A stretch of DNA of 62,247 nt, the filler included. It is 4 parts of 4 records of this genome, joined end to end, with 100 filler letters (N's around TTAATTAATTAA, not from the genome) between each part and the next. Parts side by side here need not be neighbours in the genome. Positions count along the whole stretch, not along the records: positions 47,965 to 62,247 come from DRR723986_7251; 3 more parts are not named here. The stretch is one strand, 5' to 3'. A program made the position numbers and the translations under genes. The notes under the pieces were generated by a model. The model was not told where the DNA came from. It did not search any database and saw only the letters and a list, made by a program, of their open reading frames with translations. Positions 50,920 through 61,842 of the stretch are shown one piece after another. Every line of letters starts with the position of its first letter. The stretch's first letter is position 1.

Positions 50920-52674
50920 TCAGGGCGCAACAATAAACTGTAAGCCGCCATATTCGGCTGTGCGTATTCTAAAGGTATAAACACCGGCCTGCAGCGTGCT
51001 GGTCGCCAGTTCAACCTGGCTTTCGCCGGCTCTCACCTGCAAAACGCCGCTAAGGACTTTACGGCCTTGCAGGTCGTAAATATCATAGTCCAGCGTTTGC
51101 CCTGATTCGATAGCCTTTGCCGAAACAAACAGATGAGCATCCGTACCCAGTTCCGTTGGGTTCGTAACTCCAAACGTGATTCCGTTTTGTGGTCCCACGG
51201 GAGAATCAATACCCTGCTTGATAAACACAGTTCCGTCGGTGTCCTGGCAGATCGGCAGAGTCCAATGCTCTGAATGTAACTCCATTTCGATAGCGGTCGA
51301 ATGCGCCCAGTGATCATCCTCAAACGCGCGGATGTACGACCGATTCTCGAGCGTGGGGTCATCTTCAATCGGGTGCTCACAGCCGGTAAACCCATTAACA
51401 CCAGTGCGCAGTGCGTACCATTCGCGCGGATAACCAGTCTGCGATTCTGTGAATCCAATTACGTGGTATCCACGTTCAATTACACCCGGAAGGTCGGGAT
51501 GTGTGTTTTCAAATATGGAGACATCATGGCCAAAGTCGGTGCCGGTGCCTCCGTAAAAGTTAAACCACAACGGTGTTCCCAGATTGTTGCCAAGCTCCAT
51601 CAGGAACAACTCGCGCCCAGCACCGCTGCTGGGTTCCGTGTATCCCGTTACAACGAAATGAAAAGGTGTGTGACTGCGTTCAATAGCATAGGCCCCGTTT
51701 TCTCCTGGCCCGCCACTTGTTGGATTGTAACAGTTCAGTGAACCAATAACTGCAAGCGTGTTGGTATTGATTTTGGCAGCCATTATATCCGAAGTCGGAG
51801 ATGTTGTACTGCAGGATTCACCTACCACAACAATGGTGTTGTTCCCATTGTCCTCAATGTCTCGCCAGATATCGTTTGTGTTTGCCATTCCATAGAAACC
51901 GCCTTGAACGGCAGTGCCTGTGGGGCCAACGCGAAGAATAAATGCCTCTTCCTGTCCCGGCGAAAGCCGCGCATCAGCATAGCCACAAATGATGTAGTCG
52001 CTTAAGTTAACCTGGCGGATACACAAACCACGTTCATTGTATGCCTGTGTGCCTTCCGAATATGAACGCGACCAGAATGTAGCTCCGGTACCGGAGTTAA
52101 TCTTCGCAGCAAATGGATCCCATAGTGTGCCTTTATTCGCATTTTCAACGTAACCTGCGATCGCAAGATGGCCGTCGGCAGTTTCGATTATTGAAGCCCC
52201 AATTTCGTCTTCTGCCGTTGCAATTTTACGGTACCAGATTGGAATCATGTTAAAGTCCATCTTGCCCACTACAATATCCCAACTCCAGTTCGCCTGGTTA
52301 AAATAGGTCGCTACCCATGCAATGTCTCCATTGCCCATCTCAACGATGTCAAAATGGCGCATATCACTGATCAAACCGAATTGCTGCACTCCAAGTGTAA
52401 ACCCAAGGCGGTCGGCAATGCGCACGCAGATTTGTGGCTGTCCAGGCATAGAAGGTACACCATACGACTGCGTGTAACCAATCGATACGGTATTCCCATT
52501 AGAGAGCGTTTTTACAGCCCAGGCTTCATCTGCAGCGGCAGCGCCACCAAAATGCCATTCCCATACGCTAGTCTGTGCCTGTGTCTCAAGGGCCGTACAG
52601 ACTAACATTGCCACGAGCAGCAATAGTCGATTAGCGGTACCCTTAGTGGAGCGCCGTGTTTTTTGAAAATTCAT
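50920..52674 (-). CDS. Secreted beta-propeller protein with T9SS type-A-like CTD
   Basis: Signal peptide; repeats of 'W...G....D....I..T.DG....AG.'; CTD 'NP...IYDLQGRKV...TLQAGVYTFRI'. Confidence 0.8.
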   Translation of the reverse strand: MNFQKTRRSTKGTANRLLLLVAMLVCTALETQAQTSVWEWHFGGAAAADEAWAVKTLSNGNTVSIGYTQSYGVPSMPGQPQICVRIADRLGFTLGVQQFGLISDMRHFDIVEMGNGDIAWVATYFNQANWSWDIVVGKMDFNMIPIWYRKIATAEDEIGASIIETADGHLAIAGYVENANKGTLWDPFAAKINSGTGATFWSRSYSEGTQAYNERGLCIRQVNLSDYIICGYADARLSPGQEEAFILRVGPTGTAVQGGFYGMANTNDIWRDIEDNGNNTIVVVGESCSTTSPTSDIMAAKINTNTLAVIGSLNCYNPTSGGPGENGAYAIERSHTPFHFVVTGYTEPSSGAGRELFLMELGNNLGTPLWFNFYGGTGTDFGHDVSIFENTHPDLPGVIERGYHVIGFTESQTGYPREWYALRTGVNGFTGCEHPIEDDPTLENRSYIRAFEDDHWAHSTAIEMELHSEHWTLPICQDTDGTVFIKQGIDSPVGPQNGITFGVTNPTELGTDAHLFVSAKAIESGQTLDYDIYDLQGRKVLSGVLQVRAGESQVELATSTLQAGVYTFRIRTAEYGGLQFIVAP

Positions 52675-53225
52675 GATTGTCTCAAATTACTTGTGATCAA
52701 AATAGCAGATCCACCAAACAGTAATGAGTAAGTGGGGGAGTCCCATAAACTGGGCAAACTCATAGTGAATCGGCAGCTGTTAACTAAAAAACCGGCCGGG
52801 TTTCAGGTTAAATCTAGGCGACTTTTGCAAAGAAGCTCTACGTATAAAATGCGTAGGAGCGTCCTAAATGCTTGTGTCGTAATGGTTTAGGCTTGCACTT
52901 GATGCTGCGCTCGCACGCTTTTTCCCGTCAACTTGAACCAATCAGAGCCGGAGTGGAAGAGTTAAGTCGCTGTTTAATACTCTCGTCACCAGCTTCTGTC
53001 TTGCTACCTGAAATGCGAGTCGGGGCCTGTCACAAAGATAAACAGGTGCAGTTGGAGAGCCCGCGGAGACGTTCTGCTTGCGGCACATCTGTTCAGACAT
53101 CGGTTAATATTTTCATGCACAATGTGCGTTTTCCGGGCATCGGGTTGTAACTGGATTCCCGATTTACGTATATTCGCACAATACAATTGCTGTTCAATGT
53201 GCCGAATTCCCCAGGGTATCCAGAG

Positions 53226-54068
53226 ATGAATTTAACTATTCGCCCTTTGCGTTCCGACGAAATGAATTTTCCGATTGATTTAGCGGCCGCCGAGGGCTGG
53301 AATCCCGGCCTGCGCGATGGTGAGGCGTTCCACGCTACAGACCCGGAAGGTTTTCTGGTCGCCGAAATTGATGGCCGCAAAGTTGGCTGTATCTCGGGTG
53401 TCAGCTACGGCGGTGTTTACGGCTTTCTGGGATTTTTTATCGTGCTGCCGGAATTGCGCGCACGTGGACTCGGGCACGAACTGTGGGCCGCTATTGAGAA
53501 ACGTTTAACTGGTCATATTAACGGCATGGATGGTGTTGTGGCACAGCAGGACAACTACCGCAGCGCCGGTTATGTCAGCGCGCACCGCAGTATTCGTTAT
53601 CAGAACGTTACCGGTGGGGAGAGATTTGAGTCACATGTAATCGTGCCGGCCGCGCAGGTGGACTTTAACAAAATTGCGGCTTATGACGAGCGTGCGTTTG
53701 GAATTGCGCGTACTGAATTCCTGCGCGCCTGGCTTAAAATGGACAACTCTATTGCTCTCGTGGCACTCGATGGTGAGGATGTGCGTGCCTTCGGCTGCGT
53801 CCGCGAATGCCGCCAAGGCTGGAAAATTGGTCCGCTCTTTGCCGATAATCTGGAGATGGCTGATATCATGTACCGCAGCTTGTGCAGCCGCCTGGAACCA
53901 GGTTCCGAAGTTTTTCTGGACGTGCCCGAAAACAATCCCGCCGCTCTCCAGCTAGCTAAACATTACTCGATGACTAGTGTGTTTGAGGTTGCGCGTATGT
54001 ACAATAAAACGCCGCTTCCAACTGAGGATCAACTCGTCTTTGGTGTCACGACCTTTGAATTGGGTTGA
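53226..54068 (+). CDS. Tandem GNAT acetyltransferase (YitH-like)
   Basis: 'EGWNPG', 'GFFIVLPELRARGLG' and 'KIGPLFAD'. ATG 53226 preferred; TATATTCG promoter-like element at 53169. Confidence 0.88.
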   Translation: MNLTIRPLRSDEMNFPIDLAAAEGWNPGLRDGEAFHATDPEGFLVAEIDGRKVGCISGVSYGGVYGFLGFFIVLPELRARGLGHELWAAIEKRLTGHINGMDGVVAQQDNYRSAGYVSAHRSIRYQNVTGGERFESHVIVPAAQVDFNKIAAYDERAFGIARTEFLRAWLKMDNSIALVALDGEDVRAFGCVRECRQGWKIGPLFADNLEMADIMYRSLCSRLEPGSEVFLDVPENNPAALQLAKHYSMTSVFEVARMYNKTPLPTEDQLVFGVTTFELG

Positions 54069-54421
54069 CATCCTCTAAATGTTAAGTGGGCGCTTTGAGC
54101 CCTTTGTTTAATCCATGCCCGGGGCATGTCCTGCACTGCGGTCTCAGGCTTTTATGATGTTTTTGTTTGGCACTGAGGCCACAGTGTTCAGAACTTGAGA
54201 CGTGTACAAGACAGAATTGCACCGGACCAAAGTGTTCGTGACTGACCAATCGCAGACGAGCAAAAGAAAAAATAGCCAGCCACCAGAATTAATCGCTCCC
54301 GCCCCTTATCTGAAAAGCTGCCATGCTCCAGGGGGCGCAGTGCTCAGGGCCGATACGGTAATCGTCAAAATTAAAATTCAAAACTCTGAAGATTGCACTT
54401 TCCATTCTGCGTATGATGTCA

Positions 54422-54429
54422 TATATTTG
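54422..54429 (+). promoter_or_regulatory. Bacteroidota-type -7 promoter element TATATTTG
   Basis: Exact TAnnTTTG match in an AT-rich intergenic region, ~450 nt before the next ATG. Confidence 0.45.
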
Positions 54430-54880
54430 CAAGTGTTCAATCGCAAGAGCCACTTAATATGCTTTTGAACACGTAGTTCACTATTACTTGTTAATTCCCT
54501 AAGAATACAATAGACAAAGACTGTTACAATGAGTGTGTGATCAACCATTGCCAAAATGCATTCATGTAACCAGTCAATGAAGGCGCGAGCTTATTTTTGT
54601 GTCATAAAACTGTTGCTGTCAGAATTACCAAGGCCTGAGGCACAAACGTGCATTGGTCCCACCTGGTTTGTATTGAGTTGATTAACCAGAATTAGCTGGC
54701 TGATTCTCAATTTCCGCGCAACAGTTTTGGGACTCGATTTATCTGTACAGTACTCCCCCCATCTGCTACGACCTGAAATTACGTGGCCGTGGCACTGTTT
54801 TCTCTACCGTTCTATCACTAACCGCAGAAGTGCGGCAGGCACACTGTTGTCTGAATTATGTTAACTCATGGAGTTTAAGT

Positions 54881-57220
54881 ATGCGTAGTATTCTAATTAG
54901 TATGTGCGTTTTTGTGGGCGCTGTGTTTTTTACCGGAACCGAGGCGTTCTCAAAGACTTTGATCTGTTATGGAGCGAACCACTATACTCTTGTACCAAGA
55001 GATCTTGATTGTGATGATCTGGGGTCAGGTGATTGCGGCTGTATTACCTACTGTGAAAGTGGTTTGAGTGTCGCACCGGGACCAATTGGCGGCCTGAAGC
55101 AAAAAAACAGGATCACAAAAATCAGTGTCGGCGTACTTAACAGTGTTTCCGCCCAGGACTATGCCGAGGTATCTCAATTGCTCGATGATATCGGTGGCAT
55201 TCTGCTGCCAATTATCGAATTCGACCGCGGTCTTACACAAAAAGTGTTCACTGGTGATCCAGGCTCGTCACTCACGGAGATTAACCAGTTCCTTACGAAT
55301 GCTTTTAGTGAAATGGACAATGCCGTCAGCGCTGTGGCCGCAATTGAGGTCCTGCTTAACGAGGGTTCCGACGCAAAACAGGAGGACGTGGATGACCTGG
55401 CTGCCATTCTTCAGCAAGTGGTGCTGGAGTTGACAAACGCTGAAAGTGTTTACAGCTCAATGCCGTCAGATCCACGTTTTGTCTTACTGCAAAGTCAAAC
55501 GGCCGAAGGGCTGCTGTTAAGTGAACTGGACACTGAGAGTGGGCAAGTTGTTAATTTGTTTACCGAGGCGGGCGAAACACTAACGCTGGGCGGTGTTATC
55601 CAGGATCTGGATGCGGACGTCACGCTGCAAGCTGCGGCTGCCGGCGGAGTTTTGCGTGCCGATGATGCCGGTAATATTACGATGCGTTCCGATATTAACA
55701 ATTCAGGTGGTTATTGCCTGATGTTTAGCGATTGGACACCGACCTCAGCAGGCGGTGGCACTCCTGTGCTGAGTTTACAGTCCGAAATATACGACAATGC
55801 CTCTGACCAGACCTACACCCAAACCCTTGCAGGTACAATGCAGGCCGATGGCAGTGCTGATTATACATTAACACTTAACCAGGCCCCGGCCTTTACGGTA
55901 ATTGAGAGTTATGCCGACGATGAATTGGTGGCGCAAATTACAACCAGCGGTGGTGACATCGGATCAGGTTTGGCCTGGCCGCGCTGGCTTGAAGGCCGTG
56001 AGAAACGCGAATGTCGTCCATTCCGCAGCGCCCGTCATCGCAGTGTTTATGACCTTGAAAACGGTGATGATGGCCTTGGTGAATTATGGATTGGTTTTGA
56101 CGATCCTACCTCAAGTACATCCGAACTGGTGGAGTACACGTTGCCGGATGGACAGGTGGTGCAAACAAACCTCCTACGTATTATGCCGGTCTACCAAACG
56201 TCCACATTGTTTGAAGTCTCAATCAATGAGCTTGAAGTCGAAGGCGATTACATTGAAGAGATTCCGCTGGAAGGGCAAATGGTGTACTTCTCAGGTGTAC
56301 GCAACACCGCCGCCGGTGCAGATGAAGTGTTTGCAATTGCGAATGAAGTGCTGGAAGTGCTCAGCGTAAACAGTGGCTTCGCAGGGCAGGAGTGCAGCTC
56401 ATGTCCGGCCGAAGGTTATTACATTGAATTTGACGGCTTCGGTGCAAAACTGCCAAATACTGAGGACCGGCTCTTAATATCATACAATGGTGTGGTTAAC
56501 GACTCAGATCCGCATACAATTGGCGCACTTGCGTTTAATGAAGCCTCGGGTGGTATTGAGTTGCGTGCTGCAATTGCCCCACAGATTGGCCTGATTGACC
56601 GAATTGAACTGTATTCCGGCGGCACACCCGTCGCCGATCACGCAGTTCTGTCACCGCTGGTTGCGCTGCTTGAGAACCTGCCGGAACGTGTGTTAACTTA
56701 CCTGGGATCGCATGACTTGACGACTATTGAGATTTCCTGGGAAGATGATCAGAATATTGAGATCGACGGGAATAGTTATCTGGCTAATCAACTGGTGTTG
56801 AGCTGGGATTCAGCCCCCGAGTTTGAATCCGCTGAAATTCGCGAAGCTCTGATTGATGTGCAGGGCCGTGAGTCGTATCGCGTCAAAGAGATTGAAGATA
56901 TTCTGCTGGCGCCTGCCGTTTCCTCGCTTAACAATTCAACTGTTGCGCGCATTGATGCGCGAATCGAACGTGTCTACCCTACACCTGCCGCTGCGCAGTT
57001 GGGAGTTGATGTGTTGTGGAATGAAAGTTCTCCGATGCAGTCTGTAGAACTTCTGGATGCCGCTGGTCGTGCGCTCTCGCTGCCGACGCCGCAGCTCTGT
57101 GCTTCCGGAGAGATTTGTCGCCTGGAGTTTGACGTCTCTTCGCTGTCGGCTGGTGCGTACACATTGATTATTCGCAGTGCGAATGGTTCCGTGGCTCACC
57201 CGGTACTGTTAACTCGTTAA
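54881..57220 (+). CDS. Secreted hypothetical protein with Cys-rich N-terminus and T9SS type-A-like CTD
   Basis: GGAG RBS; signal peptide; CTD 'VYPTPA...LLDAAGR...DVSSLSAGAYTLII'. Confidence 0.8.
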   Translation: MRSILISMCVFVGAVFFTGTEAFSKTLICYGANHYTLVPRDLDCDDLGSGDCGCITYCESGLSVAPGPIGGLKQKNRITKISVGVLNSVSAQDYAEVSQLLDDIGGILLPIIEFDRGLTQKVFTGDPGSSLTEINQFLTNAFSEMDNAVSAVAAIEVLLNEGSDAKQEDVDDLAAILQQVVLELTNAESVYSSMPSDPRFVLLQSQTAEGLLLSELDTESGQVVNLFTEAGETLTLGGVIQDLDADVTLQAAAAGGVLRADDAGNITMRSDINNSGGYCLMFSDWTPTSAGGGTPVLSLQSEIYDNASDQTYTQTLAGTMQADGSADYTLTLNQAPAFTVIESYADDELVAQITTSGGDIGSGLAWPRWLEGREKRECRPFRSARHRSVYDLENGDDGLGELWIGFDDPTSSTSELVEYTLPDGQVVQTNLLRIMPVYQTSTLFEVSINELEVEGDYIEEIPLEGQMVYFSGVRNTAAGADEVFAIANEVLEVLSVNSGFAGQECSSCPAEGYYIEFDGFGAKLPNTEDRLLISYNGVVNDSDPHTIGALAFNEASGGIELRAAIAPQIGLIDRIELYSGGTPVADHAVLSPLVALLENLPERVLTYLGSHDLTTIEISWEDDQNIEIDGNSYLANQLVLSWDSAPEFESAEIREALIDVQGRESYRVKEIEDILLAPAVSSLNNSTVARIDARIERVYPTPAAAQLGVDVLWNESSPMQSVELLDAAGRALSLPTPQLCASGEICRLEFDVSSLSAGAYTLIIRSANGSVAHPVLLTR

Positions 57221-57379
57221 GCCCAAGGTCGGCATAGGAGTACCGTCCCTTTCCGGGCGGAATAACTCAGGGCTTCGATTCGGACTGCCTGGTGCGGCAA
57301 AAATTAACATGTACGTTTGTATGCTGTTAACTGCCGGCCGGGCAGTTCGATACTATTAGTTCACGCTGCTGAGCTTTAC

Positions 57380-60300
57380 TCAGCTTGAATGTATCATGAC
57401 TGGAAGAAATAATTCTACGCGCGTTCCAATGGCTTTGTTGTTCTTGTCAAATAGATCAGTGATGTCAACGTGCATTTGTTCGCGTAGCGCTTCGTTTAAC
57501 ATCTCGATACGTTTGTCAGTTACATGAATTCCCATCGACTCGTGTTTGGTTCCGGCAGACCGTGACTCTGCACCGCGCTGGGCGGCGGACTTACGGCCAA
57601 CGCCATCGTCTTCGATCGTGTAGACAATTTGATTTTGCCGGCGCTGGACATTGATGTTGATTGTGCCTTCACCGTGACGTTGCTGTAAACCATGTACGAC
57701 AGCATTTTCAACAAAAGGCTGCAGAAGCATCGGCGGGATTGAAATCTCGTCGGGATTTACGTTTGAGTCAACCTGAATCTTGTATTGCAATCGCTGCTGG
57801 AAACGTTCGCGTTCCAGTTTTAAGTACGTATCGAGAATATTGAGTTCTTCTGAAAGTGAAATTCGCTCTTTGTTGCCGGTTTCAACTACCATGCGCATCA
57901 GGCGTGCAAAGCGCGCAATGTAGTCGCGGGCTGTATCCGGATGATTGCGCATAATAAAGTGTTGCACGGAGGTCAGCGAGTTAAACAGAAAGTGCGGATT
58001 CATCTGCATTCGCAGCGCTTCCAACTCGCGTTCGAGTAATTTGCGTTTAACTTCTGCGCGTTGCTGTGCGCGTTTATAGCGACTGCGTGCAATCAGAAAG
58101 ACCAAAGTGCAAATCAAGAGGAGCAGGGCTATCCGGAATTCGAGTGTCGTCCACGGTTCAGGACGGATGTCTACAACAATCGCAAAATTCTCGTCATTCC
58201 AGATTCGGTCGCTATTCGTGCCTTTGATGCGGAAAGTGTATGTCCCGCCCGCCAGCTCCGTGTATGCAGCCAGCCGTCGCGAGCCGGAGTAGACCCAGTC
58301 ACGGTCAACACCTTCAAGCATGTAAGCATATTGGTGTTTGCTGGGGTTCGAATAGTCTACAGAGGCAAAACGGAAGCTGACAAAGTTGTCACGCCAATCC
58401 AGCTGCAGGGTATCGCCATTCAGAAGTTCGCGATTGATGGGTTTATCCATTATGCGAATTTCTGTTAACAACATTGGTGGAGATGTCGTATTTGTTAATA
58501 CGCTGTCTGGGTTAAATGCTGAGTAACCGCGCAAACCGCCAACGAACATCTGCCCGCTGGGTTTATGATGCAAATATGCTCCGAAGTAATTTTCATTGCT
58601 CCAGAGACCGTCCATTTGGTCGTAGTTTTTGAACTGTGTAGAGCGCAGATCAAAGCGACTTAGCCCCTTGTCGGTACTGAGCCAAAGGTAACCGCGCTGA
58701 TCCTGCATAATGCCGTAGATGACGTTATTGCTTAAACCATCCTGGTCCGTGTAAAGGCTAAATTCCTGATTTGTCAAGTTCAGACGATTGAGGCCATGAC
58801 CGTACGTGCCGGCCCAGAGAGTATTTCTATCGCTAAATAACAAGCTCCAGACAGCGTTATTGGAGACGCTGGTCGCATATTCGCTGTTGCTGGAATACAC
58901 GTTGACGAACGCCTTTTCACCGCGGTCAAAAACGCGAATACCATCATTACTGCCTATCCAAAGTGAATCATCGCCACCGCGCTCGGCCATCGAGAATGTA
59001 AAGGATCGGCCTCCGTCGGACATGCGATCCTCGGGACGAAACTTCTGAACTTCGCCGCTAGAGTGTTGGTAAAGGCACAGGTCCATTGAGGAGCCAAGCC
59101 AGATGTCTCCAGCTGGATCGATGTAAGCTGAATAGATGCCAGCTAATCTCGCCGGGAGCGAATCTGAATCCTTAGAGGCAAATGATATAATTGAGTCGTT
59201 CAGCGGGTGCCAGGCCACGGTGTGGGTATTGGAACTGCCAAACCACAGGTATCCACTGCTGTCTTCGCGAATCACATTTATAGAGTGTGCAGTGGGAAAG
59301 TCCGGGTCACCAGGAATGCCGCGCACAAATTGGCTGGAGTCCTTTTTCCGGTGGTAAATGCCCAGGTCGGCACCAAGCCACTCGGTACCATGCGAGTCAA
59401 TGAATATTGAGCGCAAGTACCAAACCTGCGGTCGTTGCTCAAGTCCATAGTTGCCCGCCGTCGAAACCCGCTCAAAGTCCAGGCTGTGGCGATGAATGTG
59501 TGCAAGGCCATTGCGCCAGCCCAGCCAGATTGTACCTGAACGATCAGCAAAAATGCGCATTGAATTCGGCACCAGGATCGGCTCATCTTTTATGCCCGCA
59601 TAAACCAGAGTGCGCTCGCCGCTTTGCAGGTCATGCATAATAATACTCTGGTTGGCGCGCAACAGCCACAGCTGCTGATTCCCGTTATTGGCCATGCCGA
59701 TATACTGGTGCGGACCCAGGGAGTCACGTACCGCGTTGTGATACAGATATTCCAGTTGGTTGGTCCTGGCGTTGTACCTGGCGTAAGAATGTGTCAGGCA
59801 CAGAAAAAACTCATCATCATTGTGCCTGTGCATTTCAAGGAAGCCAAACATGGTGGCGTCCAGTTTTAGAAGCGGTTGAACAATAGCTACAGAGCTGTCC
59901 GCCGGCGAGAAACGTGCCATGCCGTCCTCAGTGTAGTAGAACAGGCGGCCTTGTGAGTCGGTCAGGAACATCCGACACCTATAACTTTCGACGTGTTTTT
60001 TGGGGGCCTGTTTTGCCAGTTCTGCTAAACTACGGCATACACCTGTGCTTGTGTTAAAGTGGAGAATCTGCCACTTACTTGTGGCCATCCACAGGTTGCC
60101 GTCACCGGCATTTGCAAAAAACGTAATTGTTTTCTTTCCAGGTCCGCTCTTGGAGTTCAATTTGATGTCAAAGCGGTTGAACGTTCCCGTTCGCCGATCA
60201 TAGCAGTTCAGATTGCCGTCTGCCGTCCCTATCCATATCAGGCCATCTTCGGATTCAAACAGGCCGGTTATGCCGGAACCATTCAAGGTGTTGCTGGAAC

Positions 60301-60616
60301 GCGGGTCAGGTGCATAAACCGTAAAGTCATAACCATCAAAACGATTTAGCCAATTGTTGGTGCCAATCCACATATAGCCGCGACTGTCCTGCATCAGCTG
60401 CGTTATGTTGCGACTGGAAAGCCCGCGATTCATAAAATTCTCGCGCAAGGTATATGCATGTGATACATCAACCAATTCTTCGGCTACGGCCGACGGGCCT
60501 GCAGGCCCCAGGGCTATCAGTAGCAGAATCACGGCGTGTACAATCCACCGGACAGGATGCCTGAGAGATTGAACTGTACAGAATTGCATGGATTGTTTGC
60601 TCGTATTCAGCATCAT
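57380..60616 (-). CDS. LytS-type sensor histidine kinase with beta-propeller (Reg_prop) and Y_Y_Y domains
   Basis: 'GLS...I....QD.RGY.W.GT' repeats; 'YAYMLEGVD.DW...YT.L..GTYTF'; 'QMNPHFLFNSL'; 'LLQPFVENAV.HG'; 'IEDDGVG'. Confidence 0.93.
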   Translation of the reverse strand: MMLNTSKQSMQFCTVQSLRHPVRWIVHAVILLLIALGPAGPSAVAEELVDVSHAYTLRENFMNRGLSSRNITQLMQDSRGYMWIGTNNWLNRFDGYDFTVYAPDPRSSNTLNGSGITGLFESEDGLIWIGTADGNLNCYDRRTGTFNRFDIKLNSKSGPGKKTITFFANAGDGNLWMATSKWQILHFNTSTGVCRSLAELAKQAPKKHVESYRCRMFLTDSQGRLFYYTEDGMARFSPADSSVAIVQPLLKLDATMFGFLEMHRHNDDEFFLCLTHSYARYNARTNQLEYLYHNAVRDSLGPHQYIGMANNGNQQLWLLRANQSIIMHDLQSGERTLVYAGIKDEPILVPNSMRIFADRSGTIWLGWRNGLAHIHRHSLDFERVSTAGNYGLEQRPQVWYLRSIFIDSHGTEWLGADLGIYHRKKDSSQFVRGIPGDPDFPTAHSINVIREDSSGYLWFGSSNTHTVAWHPLNDSIISFASKDSDSLPARLAGIYSAYIDPAGDIWLGSSMDLCLYQHSSGEVQKFRPEDRMSDGGRSFTFSMAERGGDDSLWIGSNDGIRVFDRGEKAFVNVYSSNSEYATSVSNNAVWSLLFSDRNTLWAGTYGHGLNRLNLTNQEFSLYTDQDGLSNNVIYGIMQDQRGYLWLSTDKGLSRFDLRSTQFKNYDQMDGLWSNENYFGAYLHHKPSGQMFVGGLRGYSAFNPDSVLTNTTSPPMLLTEIRIMDKPINRELLNGDTLQLDWRDNFVSFRFASVDYSNPSKHQYAYMLEGVDRDWVYSGSRRLAAYTELAGGTYTFRIKGTNSDRIWNDENFAIVVDIRPEPWTTLEFRIALLLLICTLVFLIARSRYKRAQQRAEVKRKLLERELEALRMQMNPHFLFNSLTSVQHFIMRNHPDTARDYIARFARLMRMVVETGNKERISLSEELNILDTYLKLERERFQQRLQYKIQVDSNVNPDEISIPPMLLQPFVENAVVHGLQQRHGEGTININVQRRQNQIVYTIEDDGVGRKSAAQRGAESRSAGTKHESMGIHVTDKRIEMLNEALREQMHVDITDLFDKNNKAIGTRVELFLPVMIHSS

Positions 60617-61071
60617 TACAAGAAAGAGACGGGTAGATTATTGAATCCGAATTTGGTTACGACTGTTACATAAGCGCTTCAGAAAATCGGCCAATAGCTG
60701 TATGCATCGACTTTGTAGCTGCCATGGCTCGAAAGCAGCCCGCATGCTGACTTTCTTACTGACAGTGCATCGCATCAAGGATGCTTCGGCCTGCAGCCCC
60801 TGGAAAAATCCACGGGTCGGCATACACGTACCGACGCGCAATTGGGTAGCACTACTCAACCAAAAGTCTGGCAATGCAGTTTCAGCAAGGCTCTAAATCT
60901 TACGTAAAAAAAACACCAGGGGGCACGGAGAGATTGGTTTGGTCCAGGAAAATGGGTATGCGTTGATAGGGTTTAATACGGCTATGAATCTTATTTCTTG
61001 CACGAGAAGTTAGCATATTATACATTGAGCCCCTTCTGTGTTACTAGATGAGCACCTACGGCGCGCAAGGT

Positions 61072-61842
61072 ATGCAAAATCTACGGGCAGCGATCATTGA
61101 AGATCAAGCTGCAAACGTTGAAATTCTTCAGGACTTACTGCAACGTTATTGTCCGGGAATTGAAGTTATTGGACATGCTGGTTCTATAGACACCGGTGTT
61201 GAACTGTTGTCGCGACAACAACCCGACATACTATTTGTCGATGTTGAATTAAGCGACGGTGATAGTTTCGAAATTTTGGAGAATTTCCCCAATCTCCGTA
61301 GCCAATTAATATTCGTAACTGCGCACAACCACTACGCAATGCGGGCCATCAAGAATTCAGCTTTAGACTACATCCTCAAACCGATTGTTATCTCGGAACT
61401 CAAGGCTGCAGTTGCCAAAGCCCGTAAACGGCTTTCTGAGCGTGATGCCGCCGCTTCGGAGCCAGAACCTGGTAGCGAGGTAATCACGCAGCCAGGCGCA
61501 GTGTCATTGATTCAGGACGGTATCATGGCCTTGCCGGTGCTGAACGGCTTTGATATCGTCAAAGTTGGCAATCTTGTCCGAATCTCTGCCGAGCGCTCCT
61601 ATTCATTGCTGCACATGATGGACGGCAACAGCCACCTCGTATCCCGCCCGATTGCAGAGTATGAGCGTCTGCTCCTGAATCACGGCTTTTACCGCGTTCA
61701 TAAAACGCACCTCGTCAACTTGCGCCACATTCGGCGCTACCTGCGTGGGCGCGGCGGTCAGCTGATAATGTCTGACGGTTCCACTGTTAACGTTGCAGCT
61801 CGCAAGCGTGATGCTTTCCTGGAGATATTCGATCAATTGTAA
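61072..61842 (+). CDS. LytTR-family response regulator
   Basis: REC motifs 'FVDVEL', 'IFVTAH..YA..A......DYILKP'; LytTR motif 'FYRVHKTHLVNL'. Alternative start at 61048. Confidence 0.93.
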   Translation: MQNLRAAIIEDQAANVEILQDLLQRYCPGIEVIGHAGSIDTGVELLSRQQPDILFVDVELSDGDSFEILENFPNLRSQLIFVTAHNHYAMRAIKNSALDYILKPIVISELKAAVAKARKRLSERDAAASEPEPGSEVITQPGAVSLIQDGIMALPVLNGFDIVKVGNLVRISAERSYSLLHMMDGNSHLVSRPIAEYERLLLNHGFYRVHKTHLVNLRHIRRYLRGRGGQLIMSDGSTVNVAARKRDAFLEIFDQL

